NCBI RefSeq assembly: GCF_006345805.1
Contig: NC_042998.1
Coordinates: 160,952,001 to 161,016,000, forward strand
Origin: Octopus sinensis
Lineage: Eukaryota
Direction of reading: 5' to 3'
DNA: 64,000 nt
The position numbers and the translations under genes were made by a program. The notes under the pieces are model-generated. The model was not told the DNA's origin and ran no database searches. It worked only from the letters and a program-made list of their open reading frames with translations. Below, in pieces: positions 15,541-29,259 of this stretch; within the stretch, counting starts at the first letter, position 1; every line of letters starts with the position of its first letter.

Positions 15541-17812
15541 AAGTCAATCCACCGACCTAACTATTAATAATACAAATGTCACCAGATAGTTTCTTTGATG
15601 TAATATGGAAACAAGACATTTGGAGTCACAAAGTTGTTTATTCAGACACAACTAAAATTCATAGCTGATATTATCAAGTGTGATCAGTAGTTATTAAAAC
15701 AATCATTAGCGCTAGTTAATTAATTTTCTCTTGTGTTACTGACATTAATTCCATAAAAGATAAGTTAGAAGAAATTTTAAGGCTCAGAGAAATATAAACA
15801 AAAAATTTAATATGTGATATATGGCAAACTATTCTGTTTACATTAAACTAAATTTTGAAAAATAACAATACCATTGGATCTTTGTTACTCAAGTAAGGTA
15901 ATAAAAAATCATGTATTTGAGTTAAAAGATGAAGAGCATGTTTCAGCTGGTCAAATTGTTAGCTAACACTTTACTGAAGGTAGATAGAAACTGATTAATG
16001 TTGATAAAAAAAAAAAAGTTTACTGGAAAACAATTACTCAATCTGTTACAAATTACTGCGCTTAGATTTCTCTTCAGTTATTAGGGAGAAAGCAGACATA
16101 TGTAAGCATACGTAAATCCTGATAGTAAGACACAAATAGCAAGATATAATTAAACCATTCTGTTTTGTTTGACTTGGCAATTTACTTTTTCCTTTATAAC
16201 ATAATCAGTTTCACAGACAAATGTTTTTAGACACCTACAACCAAAAAATTATTGGACTCTTTTTTTCTATAATCTACAACATGTAGATGATAGACCAAAA
16301 TATATTGTTACAATTTTGCTGAATTATTCAAAAATAAAAATTTCAATGATGTATTACAACTGATAAAAAAGTAAGAAAACAGAAGAAATAACAAAAATAA
16401 AAATGTACCACAAAGCTTCCTTCTCATATACAGTAATATCTTAAATGTATAGTAGCCATTTTTGTTAGTTCTTTGTGATATTTAACTACTTTTACAGGTG
16501 TAACCTATTTGAACATTGCTCTTCTAAGAAGTTTGGTTACATTCAGATACTTCAACACACTATGCAAATAATAAAGGCCACATATACCAGCTTTAGCTTT
16601 TCAGAAAGAATGCACATACTCAACTAACAAAAGAATAAAATTATATCATTTTAAACTAATTCATATTTTGACACTTCACCAAAGAAAGATTATAGCTAAA
16701 GTTATTAATGAGAGTTTAAAGCCCTCAACAAATGCAATTAACACCCAAAATATTTGATAGTTGATATTTAATGGCATACTGAACAAACAAGTTTTAATTT
16801 TAGGACTATGTCAAAAATATAAACATTTTCACATTCAGTGATTTAAACCTAAGAATGCTGAATGACAACATATCTATTTATAAAGTTTTTATTTATAAAT
16901 CTGTCCCCATAGCAAATTTTCATCACACCCCAGATTTAGTACAGTATATTTTATTCCAATATCAGATATCATATCTATATCAAATACACTAGACTATGTC
17001 ATCCACAATATAATTATACTTGCCCAGGCTTTACTCTCTCTCTCTCACACACATACACACACACTTGTAAGTGTGTTTATACTTTGCAAGGCTTGTGCTT
17101 CACAAGTAATATGGCTGAAGAATAAGTAGATGGAAAAGATGACATTAAGACCAGTATGGACCAAATAGATATTATGTATTGGACATCATTAGCAAGAGAA
17201 CTTATTTTCCAAATTAGTTTGGATTCAATGCATGGTTTTCTGTTCAATAACGAGTAGAGATGCTGGAGGTTGTGATGGTAAGGCAATATGCCAGCAGAGG
17301 ACATAAACATTTATTTCAGTCACAGCAATGGTTGGTTATTTACTTCTCCTGCTAACTAACAGTACCTGCTGTGCATGAAAAGTGGCCTTTTGACATTGGA
17401 TTGCTCAGGTGTCTCGCCATTTAGGCAGCTTGCAGTTGAATTACATATACACATGAGCATGTGGACATTATAGTTCACTTTCTCTTAAAGCTCTCAGTTA
17501 CTAAATCATTTAATGTTACTTTGAAATCTCTCCTGAGTGGAGTCTATAACTTTGTAGCAGATAGAACTGTATAATTAGAAGTTCCATAAGCTAATGAGTG
17601 ACTAACAGAATCATTAGCAGATTATAGATTATCAAAAATCGACCAGTAAACAATATATTGAAGAAAAGAAACAATTCCTTAAAATTAATTTTAAGGTTTG
17701 TTAATATTTGCACAATCAAAATTGTTGACAATAAACTAGATAACAAAGTGAAGCAAAATCTGTCGCAGAGACAGATTTGAAGGTTTAATCACTAAAATTA
17801 AATGAAGAAGTG

Positions 17813-17847
17813 ATATACACGTGTATATATACATATATATGTATATA

Positions 17848-17904
<57 letters not shown>

Positions 17905-17910
17905 ATTATA

Positions 17911-17942
<32 letters not shown>
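17813..17942. repeat. (TA)n/(TG)n microsatellite
   Basis: Visible dinucleotide runs; the source of spurious YI-repeat ORFs. Confidence 0.95.
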
Positions 17943-18106
17943 GGGAAGAAAGAAAGAAAGAGTGGAGGGAAACTAGTTTTAATGAAACTTTGTTTCTCAC
18001 ATTAAATAATTCAGATTAAATTTTCAATGCTTAATTTAGAAGAAATTTTTTTATAATATGATAAATTTTACAAATTACTGTAAACGTTTAAAATATTCTA
18101 CATCAA

Positions 18107-18468
18107 GCGCAGGTTTGGTTTTGTGCTAAGAAGCTTGCTTCCCAACCATATGGTTCTGGGTTCAGTCCCACTGCGTGGAACCATGGGAAAGTGTCTTCTA
18201 CTATACCCCCAGACTGACCAAAGCCTTGTGAGTGGAAACCTGTTGTATATATATATATGTTTGTGTGTTTATGCTGTCCTCCCACCATTGCTTGACAACC
18301 AATGTTGGTGTGTTTATGTCCCTGTAACTTAGTGGTTTGTCAAAAGAGACTGATAGAATAAGTACTAGGCTTACAAAGAATAAGTCCTGGGGTCGTTTTG
18401 TTTGACTAAAGGCGATGCTCCAGCATGGCTGCAGTCAAATGACTGAAACAAGTAAAAGATTAAAAGAA
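18107..18468 (+). mobile_element. tRNA-derived SINE, family A (near full length)
   Basis: tRNA-like head with B-box GGTTCAGTCCC, internal TA/TG tract and tail ...CCAGCATGGCTGCAGTCAAATGACTGAAACAAGTAAAAGA. Reverse-complement copies at 21866-22242 and 51540-51935. Confidence 0.85.
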
Positions 18469-19447
18469 TCATAAATTTACCATATAATTCTTAAAACAAA
18501 ATTCTTTGATTTCTTTATAAGAAATAATTCTGGGCATTGACTTCAATTCTTGTGTTTTCATCAATCTCTTTCTCCTTTTACTTTACTTATTTGGAGAGAG
18601 AGAGAGAGACAGGGGAGCGAGAGAGAGAGAAAGTCTTAACTCCCAACAGAACTTAAATCCATTTCAAGTACAATGTGCTTTCATTTTCTTTGTCACATGG
18701 ATGAGTGGATATGAGAAGCACCCTTAACTAATTATAAGCAACTTGTAATGAACTTTAACAAAAGTCACTGAAAGAATTTTCCTGCCAATATCTGAAAACT
18801 CAAAATAAGGCAAGTAAAATAATTTAGAATAAGAAAAGCTTAATGGTGAAGATTGGAAATATAGTGGCATGTTTCTCTATGAGCAAATGAATCCTCAAAT
18901 TAAAGCTCTGTTTATTGCTCAGGTATGTGCATGAAAATTTAAGCTTGCAGCAATGCTAAATTAGAGCTACTTTATCTGCAACCACAGAAATAATATGTTG
19001 CCTTTTTCATTATAAAACAAATGCTAATAGTAATCTACTAAATAGCGGTTGCTGAATATAGCCAATGGAATGAAGACAGGGCTGTGTACTACTCTCTAAT
19101 TTCCAATGTACTTGTCAATTGGTGCCAATATTTTGGTTGTGCGCATTAATGTTCTATCCTCTATGATCAGCACAAAACTTTAGGATCAGTCAGAATCCAT
19201 CCCACTTCAGCATTAAATCAAAGTCTATCCCTATCACAGCACATTTATCCCTTGTCGTTTGCAGCATCGTCACCTGTTCAGTGAGTGGAAACACTGCTGG
19301 AATCTAGAACTTTCTATCTTAAACAGTTCAAGAAAATGTAAATCTCATAAGAGCATGCAGTTGTTCTGAGATTCAGCATAATGGTCAGTAGCAATCAGAC
19401 CGGAATGTTGAGTCATAATCATTCTATTCTCTTAAGATCTACACAGG

Positions 19448-19449
<2 letters not shown>

Positions 19450-19504
<55 letters not shown>

Positions 19505-19614
19505 TGTGTATATATATATATATGTGTATATATATATATGTAAATATATATATGTATATATATATATATATATATAGTATATATATATATTATATATATA
19601 TATATATGTATATA

Positions 19615-19667
<53 letters not shown>

Positions 19668-19674
19668 GTATATA

Positions 19675-19726
<52 letters not shown>
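19450..19726. repeat. Long interrupted (TA)n tract (~277 bp)
   Basis: Visible run, the longest in the window. Confidence 0.97.
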
Positions 19727-19729
<3 letters not shown>

Positions 19730-21019
19730 ACAGCATATCAAATATGGAAAGCTCACCAATATCTTTCTTTCTGAAACAATAGAAACAGATAAGTGAAGAA
19801 AAAGAGGCTGGGGGAGAAGATTTAGAGAAGAGGGAAAGAAGGAGGAGAAAATAAAATGAAAGGGAAATATGGAAAGATGGAAAAATAATAACTGGTAGGA
19901 AAAAAAATGAATGTTAGAAAATAAAAGTAAAAACAGAAAAATGTAAAATATCTTTTTAATAGAAACTAAATACATCTAAAAGGAAAAACCAGTAGCTACA
20001 ATTAAGAATATCAAGAGAAAGAAAAGAATCACTAAAAGTTAGCTACTGACAGTGACACAGATTGCCTTTTAGGAAAAAATACCTCATGCAAAAAGAATCT
20101 GTGACATTAAAAGTATTTTCTCACATAGTTCTGAATCGTCATTTTGGAATTGTTCCATTAGTTGTCATCATTAGCATCATTTTGATGTAGAAGGATGTCC
20201 TTGTTTCTGTTAATGTGTATGAATATAATGTAGTGGTGCTGGCTGAGTGTTGGATAAAGACAACCAATAAGTTAGCTGCTTGTGAAGGAATCAATACTCT
20301 TTGATCTTGCCATGCATGTAAGTGTTGTAAGAAATGTTTCTCATGTAGATGACAGTGACTACTTGACCATAACCAATAACGCAAAGGTAAGAATGAGTGG
20401 AAGAGGTGAAGCAGAGTGATAAATACCAGTGAAGAATACCATAAGTATCATTTAACAAGCAAAAAGGAACATTAAAAGAATAAATGATAGGAAATAAAGA
20501 AATGACAATACGTAAGTAAGAAAGAATTAAGTATACAAGTTTGCAGGCCAGCGTTACTATCAACACTGCTGTCAAAGTTATATATTGATAAATACAGTTT
20601 ATAAGTAGACAAATACTCTTACAGAAATTATGGCAAAATCTTTACATAAGATCAGTTGTAAAGAAAGTAGTAGTATTAGTAATAGTCACATTATAAAAGT
20701 AAATGCCTAACAGATGCATTAGCATCACTTACAGATTTTTATGGAGGCATATTGCTTTAAATATAGAAAGACAAATTACTAATCAAGCAGTACAGAAAAT
20801 TATATATTATTAGTTTGAATGTTGAGTAATAGAAGTTGAAATAATTAGGACATATGATTATTATAGTTAAGGTATTTGATTAAGAATATGGAATATGTGT
20901 GTGTGTTACTTTATGGACCAGACTATCAGATGTTGTTATACAATGGTGGTCACAATGTGATTTCTTGCATTGTTGTAGCTTTTGAATGATGGCACCCCAG
21001 TGGCAAGGCAAGCAGGCCA

Positions 21020-21028
21020 ATATATATA

Positions 21029-21074
<46 letters not shown>

Positions 21075-21126
21075 TTATTTATTTATTTGTGTGTGTGTGT
21101 GTGTGGTGTGTGTGTGTGTTGTGTGT
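21020..21126. repeat. (TA)n-(TTTA)n-(TG)n compound microsatellite
   Basis: Visible runs. Confidence 0.95.
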
Positions 21127-21865
21127 AATATTGTGAAATGAATCCCAGGGGCAACAAAGTTGAAGTATTAACCACATGGATATGAATTCCTGGCTGCAAC
21201 AAACCAATCAGTTTAACTGAATGTGGAGCCATTTCTGTATCCTAATTTCCTGATACTAATACATCAATAGTTTAAACAAAATACATTCCTTCTATGCTAG
21301 CACAGAAACATGGAGGGAGTGAACCTTAGCAGACTGCTATAAGAGGAGTCCTTGCCAAAGGATACAAAACAATAAGTATAATAGTGTGTACTAGTGTTTA
21401 TAAGCATATATATATCTGTCACGTGGTTGGACTATTGGTGACTAAACTGGCAACCCTACAAAGTGTGCCTGGGTGGTTTTCATTGTACACTATGCAGGAC
21501 AAAAAAAAAAAAGAAAAAAAGAAAGAAAAGAAAATACTGTTAAAGGACTGATGAAATTAGTGGAGTAAATAATGTCCATCCAAAAGCTGAGAGTGAGAGA
21601 CATCTATCTAGTCTTTGTTTAGCAATTTCTCTAGGAAAATGAAATTCCAAAATAACCCCCAATTTATTGCATAGCTGGAGATCTTGCTCTTGCTTGTTTC
21701 TGGCCTACTTGGTTTTGTAGGTGAGAGTCTTAGTGTTGCTGTGCAAGCTGTTATTGATTATAAACTTCAGTGTGGGCATTGCAGACAGTTATTGTCTTTA
21801 ACATCTAGAATAAGAGAATTTGTCAGTGATGGTCATACTCATCGACCAATGTGTGCATATATACA

Positions 21866-22242
21866 TCTTTTACTTGTTTCAGTCATTGGACTGCAGCCAC
21901 GCAAGAGCACTGCCTTTGAAGAATTTTAGTTGAATGAATTAAACACAGTACTTAATTTTTGTTAAGTCTGGTACTTATTCTATTGATCTCTTTAGCCGAA
22001 CTGCTAAGTTACAGGGATGTAAACACACCAACATTGGGTTTTCAAGCAGTGGTGGAGGACAAACACAGACACACACACACTCGTGCATATATACACACAC
22101 ACAATGGGTTTCTTTCAGTTTCCATCTACAAAATCCACTCACAAGGCTTTGGTCAGCCTGAGTCTACAGTGCCATGGAGTGGGACTAAACCTGGAACCAT
22201 GTGGTTGGGAAGCAAGCTTCTTACCACACAGCCATGCCTGCA
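21866..22242 (-). mobile_element. tRNA-derived SINE, family A
   Basis: TCTTTTACTTGTTTCAGTCATT ... GGTTGGGAAGCAAGCTTCTTACCACACAGCCATGCCTGC is the reverse complement of the 18107 copy. Confidence 0.85.
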
Positions 22243-23169
22243 ACTATGTACATACATATATAAATGCATACATGCATTATCATCAATTGTTCCGTGTGTC
22301 CAGGAATTTCAATTTCTCTTTGTTGAAGGAAATCTCAATAGGAAGAAATACTAATGGCATGGATTTGTTTATGATGGATCTCAGCTTGCCAGTGATTGAC
22401 TTACAGGCTGTGGTTTTAAGACCATTCTCTATGGCACATAACCCTAGTTATAATTTCACTCTATGGCATCTTTTGCAAGTGTCATTTACCACAGCCTCTA
22501 GTTCACTTGAGCAAACTTTGTAAAAGCTGATTGGATGAATGGATGGATAGTACCTGCAATTCTAAAGGTTCAGCTTTGTCACATTTTGTGCCATGTTGAT
22601 TCTACTTAATAATTTAAGTTAACAGTACCCCGAATCCCTGACTATTTGCATGTTAATTCAATAAGCAGGTAGTTCAATTAATTGAATTGAATACTGCTGA
22701 GGAAAATCCAATTATGTGCATGTGTGAGTATATGATGTATATAAATGTACATATAGATGCATGTGTGTGTGCATATATATATATATAGGCATGTGTGCAT
22801 GTGAAGGAGAAGGAGGAAAAACTGCTTGAGAAGCTTGTGAGTACCCAAGGTCCAGAGACTGTTAAACATAACAAAATCTTTAAATCTAGAATCTCAAAAT
22901 TCATATACAAATATGAGAGAGAGAGAGAGTATAAAAGAGACTGGAATTTGATATAAACTAGCTGTTCAACATAAACTTTTTTTCAATAGTTTTATCTGTC
23001 TTTCTAAGTACATTGTAACATTTCTTATCTCATCTGCTCATGCATTATTTCAGATGCAGCACAATTGGTGCTTTCTTTAAACAATTTATTTGAATATTAG
23101 TGGAGGGTTGTTTTTTTTATGTAGACTTTCTGTTTAAGTCACCACTACTCCTACACACATACCAAAGCC

Positions 23170-23410
23170 AGTAGTCACATAAGTTGAGGCCTGGTTTGAG
23201 AAGCCAAGTATGTCCAAGTTGATGAATAATAATTTGCTTTTGAGGAAACTGCTGGAGGAGAAATTCCTTCATGTCTGTATGAGTGTAAGCTGGTGTACAA
23301 TTTCACATAAAAATGGTTGTCTTCAAAGCTGTATGCTCTTTTATCTGTTACCAAATGTTTTGAAGCATAGAAAGAACCTATCATGATCCACTGTTCTGTC
23401 AAAGACAAAC
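23170..23410 (-). mobile_element. Decayed reverse-transcriptase fragment of a CR1/L2-type LINE
   Basis: The minus frame VFDRTVDHDRFFLCFKTFGNR*KSIQL*RQPFL resembles KAFDTVDHxxLLxKLxxxGIxGxxLxWxxxFL. It is followed by GIS...SFLKSKLLFINLDI, a degenerate GVPQGSxLGPLLF..INDI. Confidence 0.5.
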
Positions 23411-24354
23411 AGTGGTTTCAAAATATTAAGGCTTTTTTATGAGTACAAGATGCAAGAAGTTTTAAGTTTGTAATGAATAAAAAATTTATTAAAAAATTTC
23501 ATAAATTTCATCAAAACTAAAACTTGTGTGACTTTTGAAAAACTGTGTGTCTTTTGTGTGCTTGTGTGCATTAGTGTATTTACTGTACATAGCTGGATCT
23601 CTGGTTAAATAATGAGAAGCAGGAATGATGAAGATGCAGAGGAATAGTTAGTCAGAAGAGCACACATGAAATGAATTCCATACACTGTGAGAAACTACTA
23701 CTAGTAATTGACTGATAGTTTATTTTATTAATCCTTGGGAAAGAAAGACAGTCATTCTCAGTGGGATTTAAACTCAGAACATAAAGTGACACAACTAAAT
23801 GCTACAGCTTACTCTGTTCCATACTCTGATTCATTCTTTATAAAATAATAAGAAAGGTGTCTTTATTTTAATCCTTTTTTTTTAGTTTGTAATGACTCAT
23901 GTAATTACTTCATGGAATGATATTTTTTCTAAGTAAAATGTAGATGTTATCTATAAAATGTAGATGACAAGAGACCAAAAGTACTATGAAGAATTATATA
24001 TGTAAGCATTTTACACCCATTTCTCATTAAATAAAAGGAGAAAATATAGTATTATTAATTTAAGATCTAAAGTGTTTAAGTGTATCTGAAATGTTTCAAT
24101 TATGTGTATGTGTGTGAAAGTGTATGTATTTGAGATTTGTTTTAAGTTCTTTTCAGACTGTTTCAGGATTTGTGAATATGTGAGTTAATGTGTACATATA
24201 CAAAGGTGTTTGTGGATATACTTGTATTCATGTAATAGATGTATATATATATATATCTTTAATACATGAGTGTGCAATTACTTTTTATGTGGGTATATTG
24301 TATACTATATGCATGTCATAGTATGTGCATATTTGTTCTAAGAAACTTGAAGAA

Positions 24355-25150
24355 ATAATTGTAACAGTTTCCATATTTTCACTGAATCCCAAATTACTTG
24401 TATTTAGAGGATGCAAGTTAGTGCATTTCTTCTTTCTTGGAAGACTTCAATGTTTCCAAGCTTTTATGTATGTCCATTGATATATAGCCTAATGTAGCTA
24501 TAACAGGTATAAATATAAATCTACTGCTTGGGTACAAGAGCTTCAAGTTTTGTATTAGTACACCATAGATATTATTTTCCTACAACATTAGATAGATTCA
24601 CACTAGCTAGGTAACCAACATCTATAACAGTGCATAACTTTACTTTCTGTCCCAGTTGCGTTTTCACTGGGTTGCTGTTTGTATTGAAATGTTCCACTAG
24701 TATTCCTTACTTTTAAAGGCATGGATACATTCTGGTTCTGGTGTGATATAGGCATGACTGTCAGAACAATCTTTCTTGCAGATAGCATTGTACTAAATTT
24801 TGCAAAAAAGAAAAAGTCATGTCTCATAGAGAGGTAGCACCACATAGTTACTTTTAGTGGCTGTTGATGATTTGGGTGATATCTTCCATGTTGGTATGAA
24901 TATTTTCTATAACACAGAGATTTGGAAACATCATCATCTCTTTTATTAATCAGGTATTTAGTAGCTATTTCCTGTGTTTGGATTGAAAAAGTGTAACCTT
25001 CTAGATGGGATTTACCTATCATATGTCTAGAAGCTGCTCTTCTTGTCAATGTTGTTATTGTCTAACTTAAATATGTATGTAGGACAAATTTTTGTCTTCT
25101 TAAATATATATGAAAAACAACTAGGCTGTCTTTATTAGATACCAGAGATC
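24355..25150 (-). mobile_element. 3' remnant of a Dong/R4-type non-LTR retrotransposon (zinc-knuckle and restriction-like endonuclease region)
   Basis: Frameshifted minus-strand peptides appear in the order expected for the R4/Dong C-terminus: SHLEGYTFSIQTQEIATKYL, NMEDITQIINS, YLSMRHD, EPECIHAFKSKEY*WNISIQTAT, KLCTVIDVG, ENNIYGVLIQNLKLLYPSSRFIFIPVIATLGYI. Confidence 0.8.
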
Positions 25151-28100
25151 CCTAGTTTCTAAATTAATGAATCATAATATCTGCATTTAATTGACCTGTA
25201 AGAATCTTATAATTTAACTTTGAAACAATATTGTTTTCAAAGTGAGCTATCATTAGAATGAGTGATGTAGTCATAGATGAATGGAGACATATTTTTGACA
25301 TGTGAAAGACAATATTAACATACATACATTTAGCTGAAACTAAGTAAAGAGCAACTTGATAGTGTAGTTATGAGGAGAGATAATAAACTGAAACACAGAT
25401 ATCCGTGTCAGTTATTTAACCAGAGTCTAAACTATCAAATCTTCTATAGCTACAATATATGTTAAGGAATGCAAGAATGAACTGATAAAGTAATGAAACA
25501 ATAAAAACAGTAGAGCAACTATCCATTATGTTCATTCATATTATATACATATAAATATGCATCTATCTATATAAATCTATCTCTATAAAATGTATTCATA
25601 TCATATACTTACATACACACACACATACATATACACACATGTATACATAGAAACATACATATACTACATACATATACTACATATATACACCTACACATAT
25701 AGGCCCGATATAATTATCTAAACAACAACAAAAACCTAATATGAATAAATAACAATGAGCATTTCTTTTTTTTTATATTTCTGACCAAAAGCAATATAAA
25801 GCAATGGACTTGATATTGGAAGCATGCCCAATTACAGCTTTTACTTTTACCAAAACCAGTGGGGCTAGATTGCACTCATCGCATGAGATGTATGCCCAGA
25901 AGAAAACTCTGTCATAAAGTATCAATATCTTGCTAACCATTTCACAGGCAGTAGGTGATGGACGAACAGCTTTGCAGCTTTTAATCTATATTAAGTAGCA
26001 TACACATGAAGAATGACAGCAGATAGAAAACGATATTTGGTAGACACTGGTGAGCAGATATTATATTAGACAGATGAAGTATGGAGTAGAAGGTTTAGGA
26101 ATTTAGAGGAGAAAGAATAAAACTATATTAAAATAATAATAATAAAAAAAGAGATATGAAACAAAAAGTTTGGACTGAAAAGGAAGGAAAAAATATTCTG
26201 TCAATCCAAAAGATAAAAATGATTTTCTAAGACAGCTATTGCACACTAACATAAAGCATGTTGGGTGTGTAGCTACACATGTTTTTCTATCAGTAAGTAT
26301 TTAAAAAAAAAGAAAAAAAAGGAAAGGAAGCAAACAAACAAATGTGTGCATGCGTGTTCCAGCCTATTGGACTGATTGATTGTCTATCAGGGAGTTGATA
26401 TTTCCATCTAAGTCTGCCTCACTTCTATGTTGATCTATATGTCTCACCATTGCTGTACGATGCAATGGATTTTTTTCTTTGCTTTCTCAACAAAAAAAAA
26501 GAAAAAAGAAAAGAAAAAGAAGTAAATAAATTATATCTGTGCTAATCTGAACAAAGAATGAAAACAAATATCCTGTGAGACAAGTTAAAGTACCTTATCT
26601 ATGTGAAAGAAAGTAACTGTCCTCCTAGAAGGATTATCAACAGTAAAAGCTTAACAGACATGTGTATATGTTTTATATATATTTATTTTTTTATGGTGAA
26701 GCGCTAAGCATCAATTATTTGGTTTATTAACTTATGGGATATGGCAAGAGTAAAAATATATTTGTAAATTTCTGATTTAAAGCTTCTTTCATGCAATATC
26801 TGATAGGAAGTTTATTTGATGTTTGCTGAGCTTTCCCAGAATGAAACTGAAAAATGTTTTACAACATTAAAAAAAATGTCTGTTCTACTTTCAAAGAGAG
26901 AGCTTTTTTGTTACTTTTCAAACATTTTATCATAAAGATTAGGCGGGTTCACTAGCAGTAAAGATAATATAAAGTGGAAAGCATATAATAAAAAAATTAG
27001 AGGTTAGATCTGAAAAATCATAATCTGAAAAAGCATGTCTGCATTTGAATTTGTATTAGAGTAGTATAGCTTTATATGTATGTATGTATGTATGTATGTG
27101 TGCGTGTGTGTGTACATATATATATGTGTGTGTGTGTTTACTTTACACAAAACCACACACATATATTTATGCACAACTACTCACATGGGACAAAGGGATT
27201 GGACTGTCTATAAGAATATGAAAACTAAATTATGTAATTCAAGTGCATGTTTATTATAGTTCTTTTAAAGCAAAATCAGCAACAGAAATGCTTTGGTAAC
27301 AATAGAAATGGTCCAGTACATTGTATTTTCAAATGCACTTTTCCAAATTTCAGCTGAAAAAATCAAGTGAACTTGTGTACCACATTTCATAATTCACAAT
27401 TCATATTGTATCATTTACCAGTGTTTTGTTTAATTCATGTTTCTAATTTATCATTTATAATTATTTAAAAATTCAACCAATTTCACTGAGGCTAATGAAC
27501 TTTAATGAGTGATATTGATATCTTCTTGAAATATTTGTCTTTTAAATTTTGTATTTCAGAGAAAAAGTTGCAGGATTATGCTATTGTGTATTATAATCCA
27601 ATATATCCAGAGGTCAGAATTGTTTAACCATCTAGTTGGTGAAACAACTAATAGTGGAGATGTTATATTTTTTTTCTAAGCTTAATGTGAAAATGTCAGG
27701 AGGCTCAAGATCTTTGTCAAATCCTTCTTGAAAAAAAAAGAAAAGAGAAAAATATTTTAATCCTAGTTTTAAAAAAGCCCAAAAGAAACAACAGCCATTG
27801 TCTCAGAAAAGTTACTGGACAAGAAAGAAGATCTAAAACAAGATAATATACGTGTAGTTTATCGAGGCTGTTAATATTCAATTTGTGACAAGACTTATAT
27901 AAAGATGAATAGATCTTCTCAATTTTAGTGAGAATTGGAACATAAAAAAATGATATTCTTCCTTGAATATTAACAATTTATTTATTAACAATATCTATCA
28001 ATAATCAATAAATATTGTGAATATAAAATAGTAAAAAATAATGATTGTGACATACATAGTTAAAAAGTATTATATAAAACATCTATCGTACATGAATGAC

Positions 28101-29259
28101 AACATTTTCAATGCCAAAAAGAAAAGAGGAAAAATGAAAGAGAGACAAAAAAGAGAAAAATGAATCAATACATCTAAATAGGGAGTAAAGTTGTCTCAAG
28201 TGTATGTATATGAAAAGGATTCTTAATAAAGTACTGGAAGTCAAAAAAGATAAAAAGCTGCATCATATAAAAACTATGATTGCCATATTTTGCATAATAG
28301 ATACATATATGATGTTAATGTGACCATTCTTCAAAATATAGAGAAAGAAATCCATCAAGGAAGGATTTTAACAACAAAGATGTATTTTCTCAGAAGATAT
28401 TTTTGTACTTGTTATAAAAGAATATGAATTTCTGAATTCAAAGAAATTAATCAAACCTTAATCTCCGTATTCTGAGAGCCATTTCAGTTCACATCTTTTG
28501 TTTGTTAGATACATTTTTTATTTTTTAAAAAAAGAAAGTGTAATAAAAATATAAGAAAGTTGAGAGAAAGAAATAGAAAGATTGTGTGTGTGAGTGAATG
28601 TGTGCACATGAGAGAGGGAGAGAAAGGAGAGAGAGAAAATGGGTCAAACAAGTAAGTTGCATTGATAAACATAATTAGATAGAGAGGACACTAAGGTATG
28701 GGGAGAAGACTGATGAAGTAGAATTATTTTAACTTCATGTTGGCTTGCATTTGAATTGGATATATTTGGCATTTAGCATTCATTGAAGTGATTTTAAAAA
28801 TGGCCAGACAACAATTATGTAGTAGAAATTCTGATTGAGATATGTAGACAGAAAAGCAGGTTCCAGCACCAGAGATGTTGATCTCTTCACAGCCAGAAGT
28901 CAGCATGAGTAAGATCAAAAATAAATAAATAAATAAAAAAATTCTAACATTAAATAAGTAAATAAATAAATAAATGAATTAAGATTCTGGATTCAAAAGA
29001 AATAGCTGAGGGAAGAAATGAAGGAAGAAGTGAACAAATTGGTTGAAGTTTAAAAATAAAACTGGAATGAATTACTGATGCTCAAATGCACTGGAGCTAA
29101 TGAAATCATGTTTAACATTTATCAACATAGCATCCAGTTATAACGAATATCTTACTCTGTACTATAGCTTAACTTGGTATTGAGTTCTTTATTTAAGTTA
29201 AAGATTTTTACTCAAAAACATAAACATACCTTCATATCATAACATAGATGTATATATAT

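Noticed and set aside
16665-16690. Minus-strand SFFGEVSK as the FLRFGETK motif of the next basonuclin exon
   Set aside because: Only FGE matches and the surrounding sequence shows no further similarity.
17077-17310. ISSLANDV as a decayed RT YADD motif
   Set aside because: It is a single weak motif with no flanking RT motifs, not enough to call.
19381-19975. Long YI/IY-repeat ORFs on both strands (also 17785-18019, 32516-32859, 39412-39753, 41261-41563)
   Set aside because: They are translations of (TA)n/(CA)n microsatellites, which lack stop codons.
21684-22523. Overlapping 81-146 aa ORFs
   Set aside because: They run largely through an antisense SINE family A copy and an adjacent decayed SINE-like head. 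No coding signal.
24603-25049. 148-aa ORF as a host gene or the next basonuclin exon
   Set aside because: Only its N-terminal part follows a Dong/R4 LINE protein. The homology then switches frames with stops, so it is a TE remnant.
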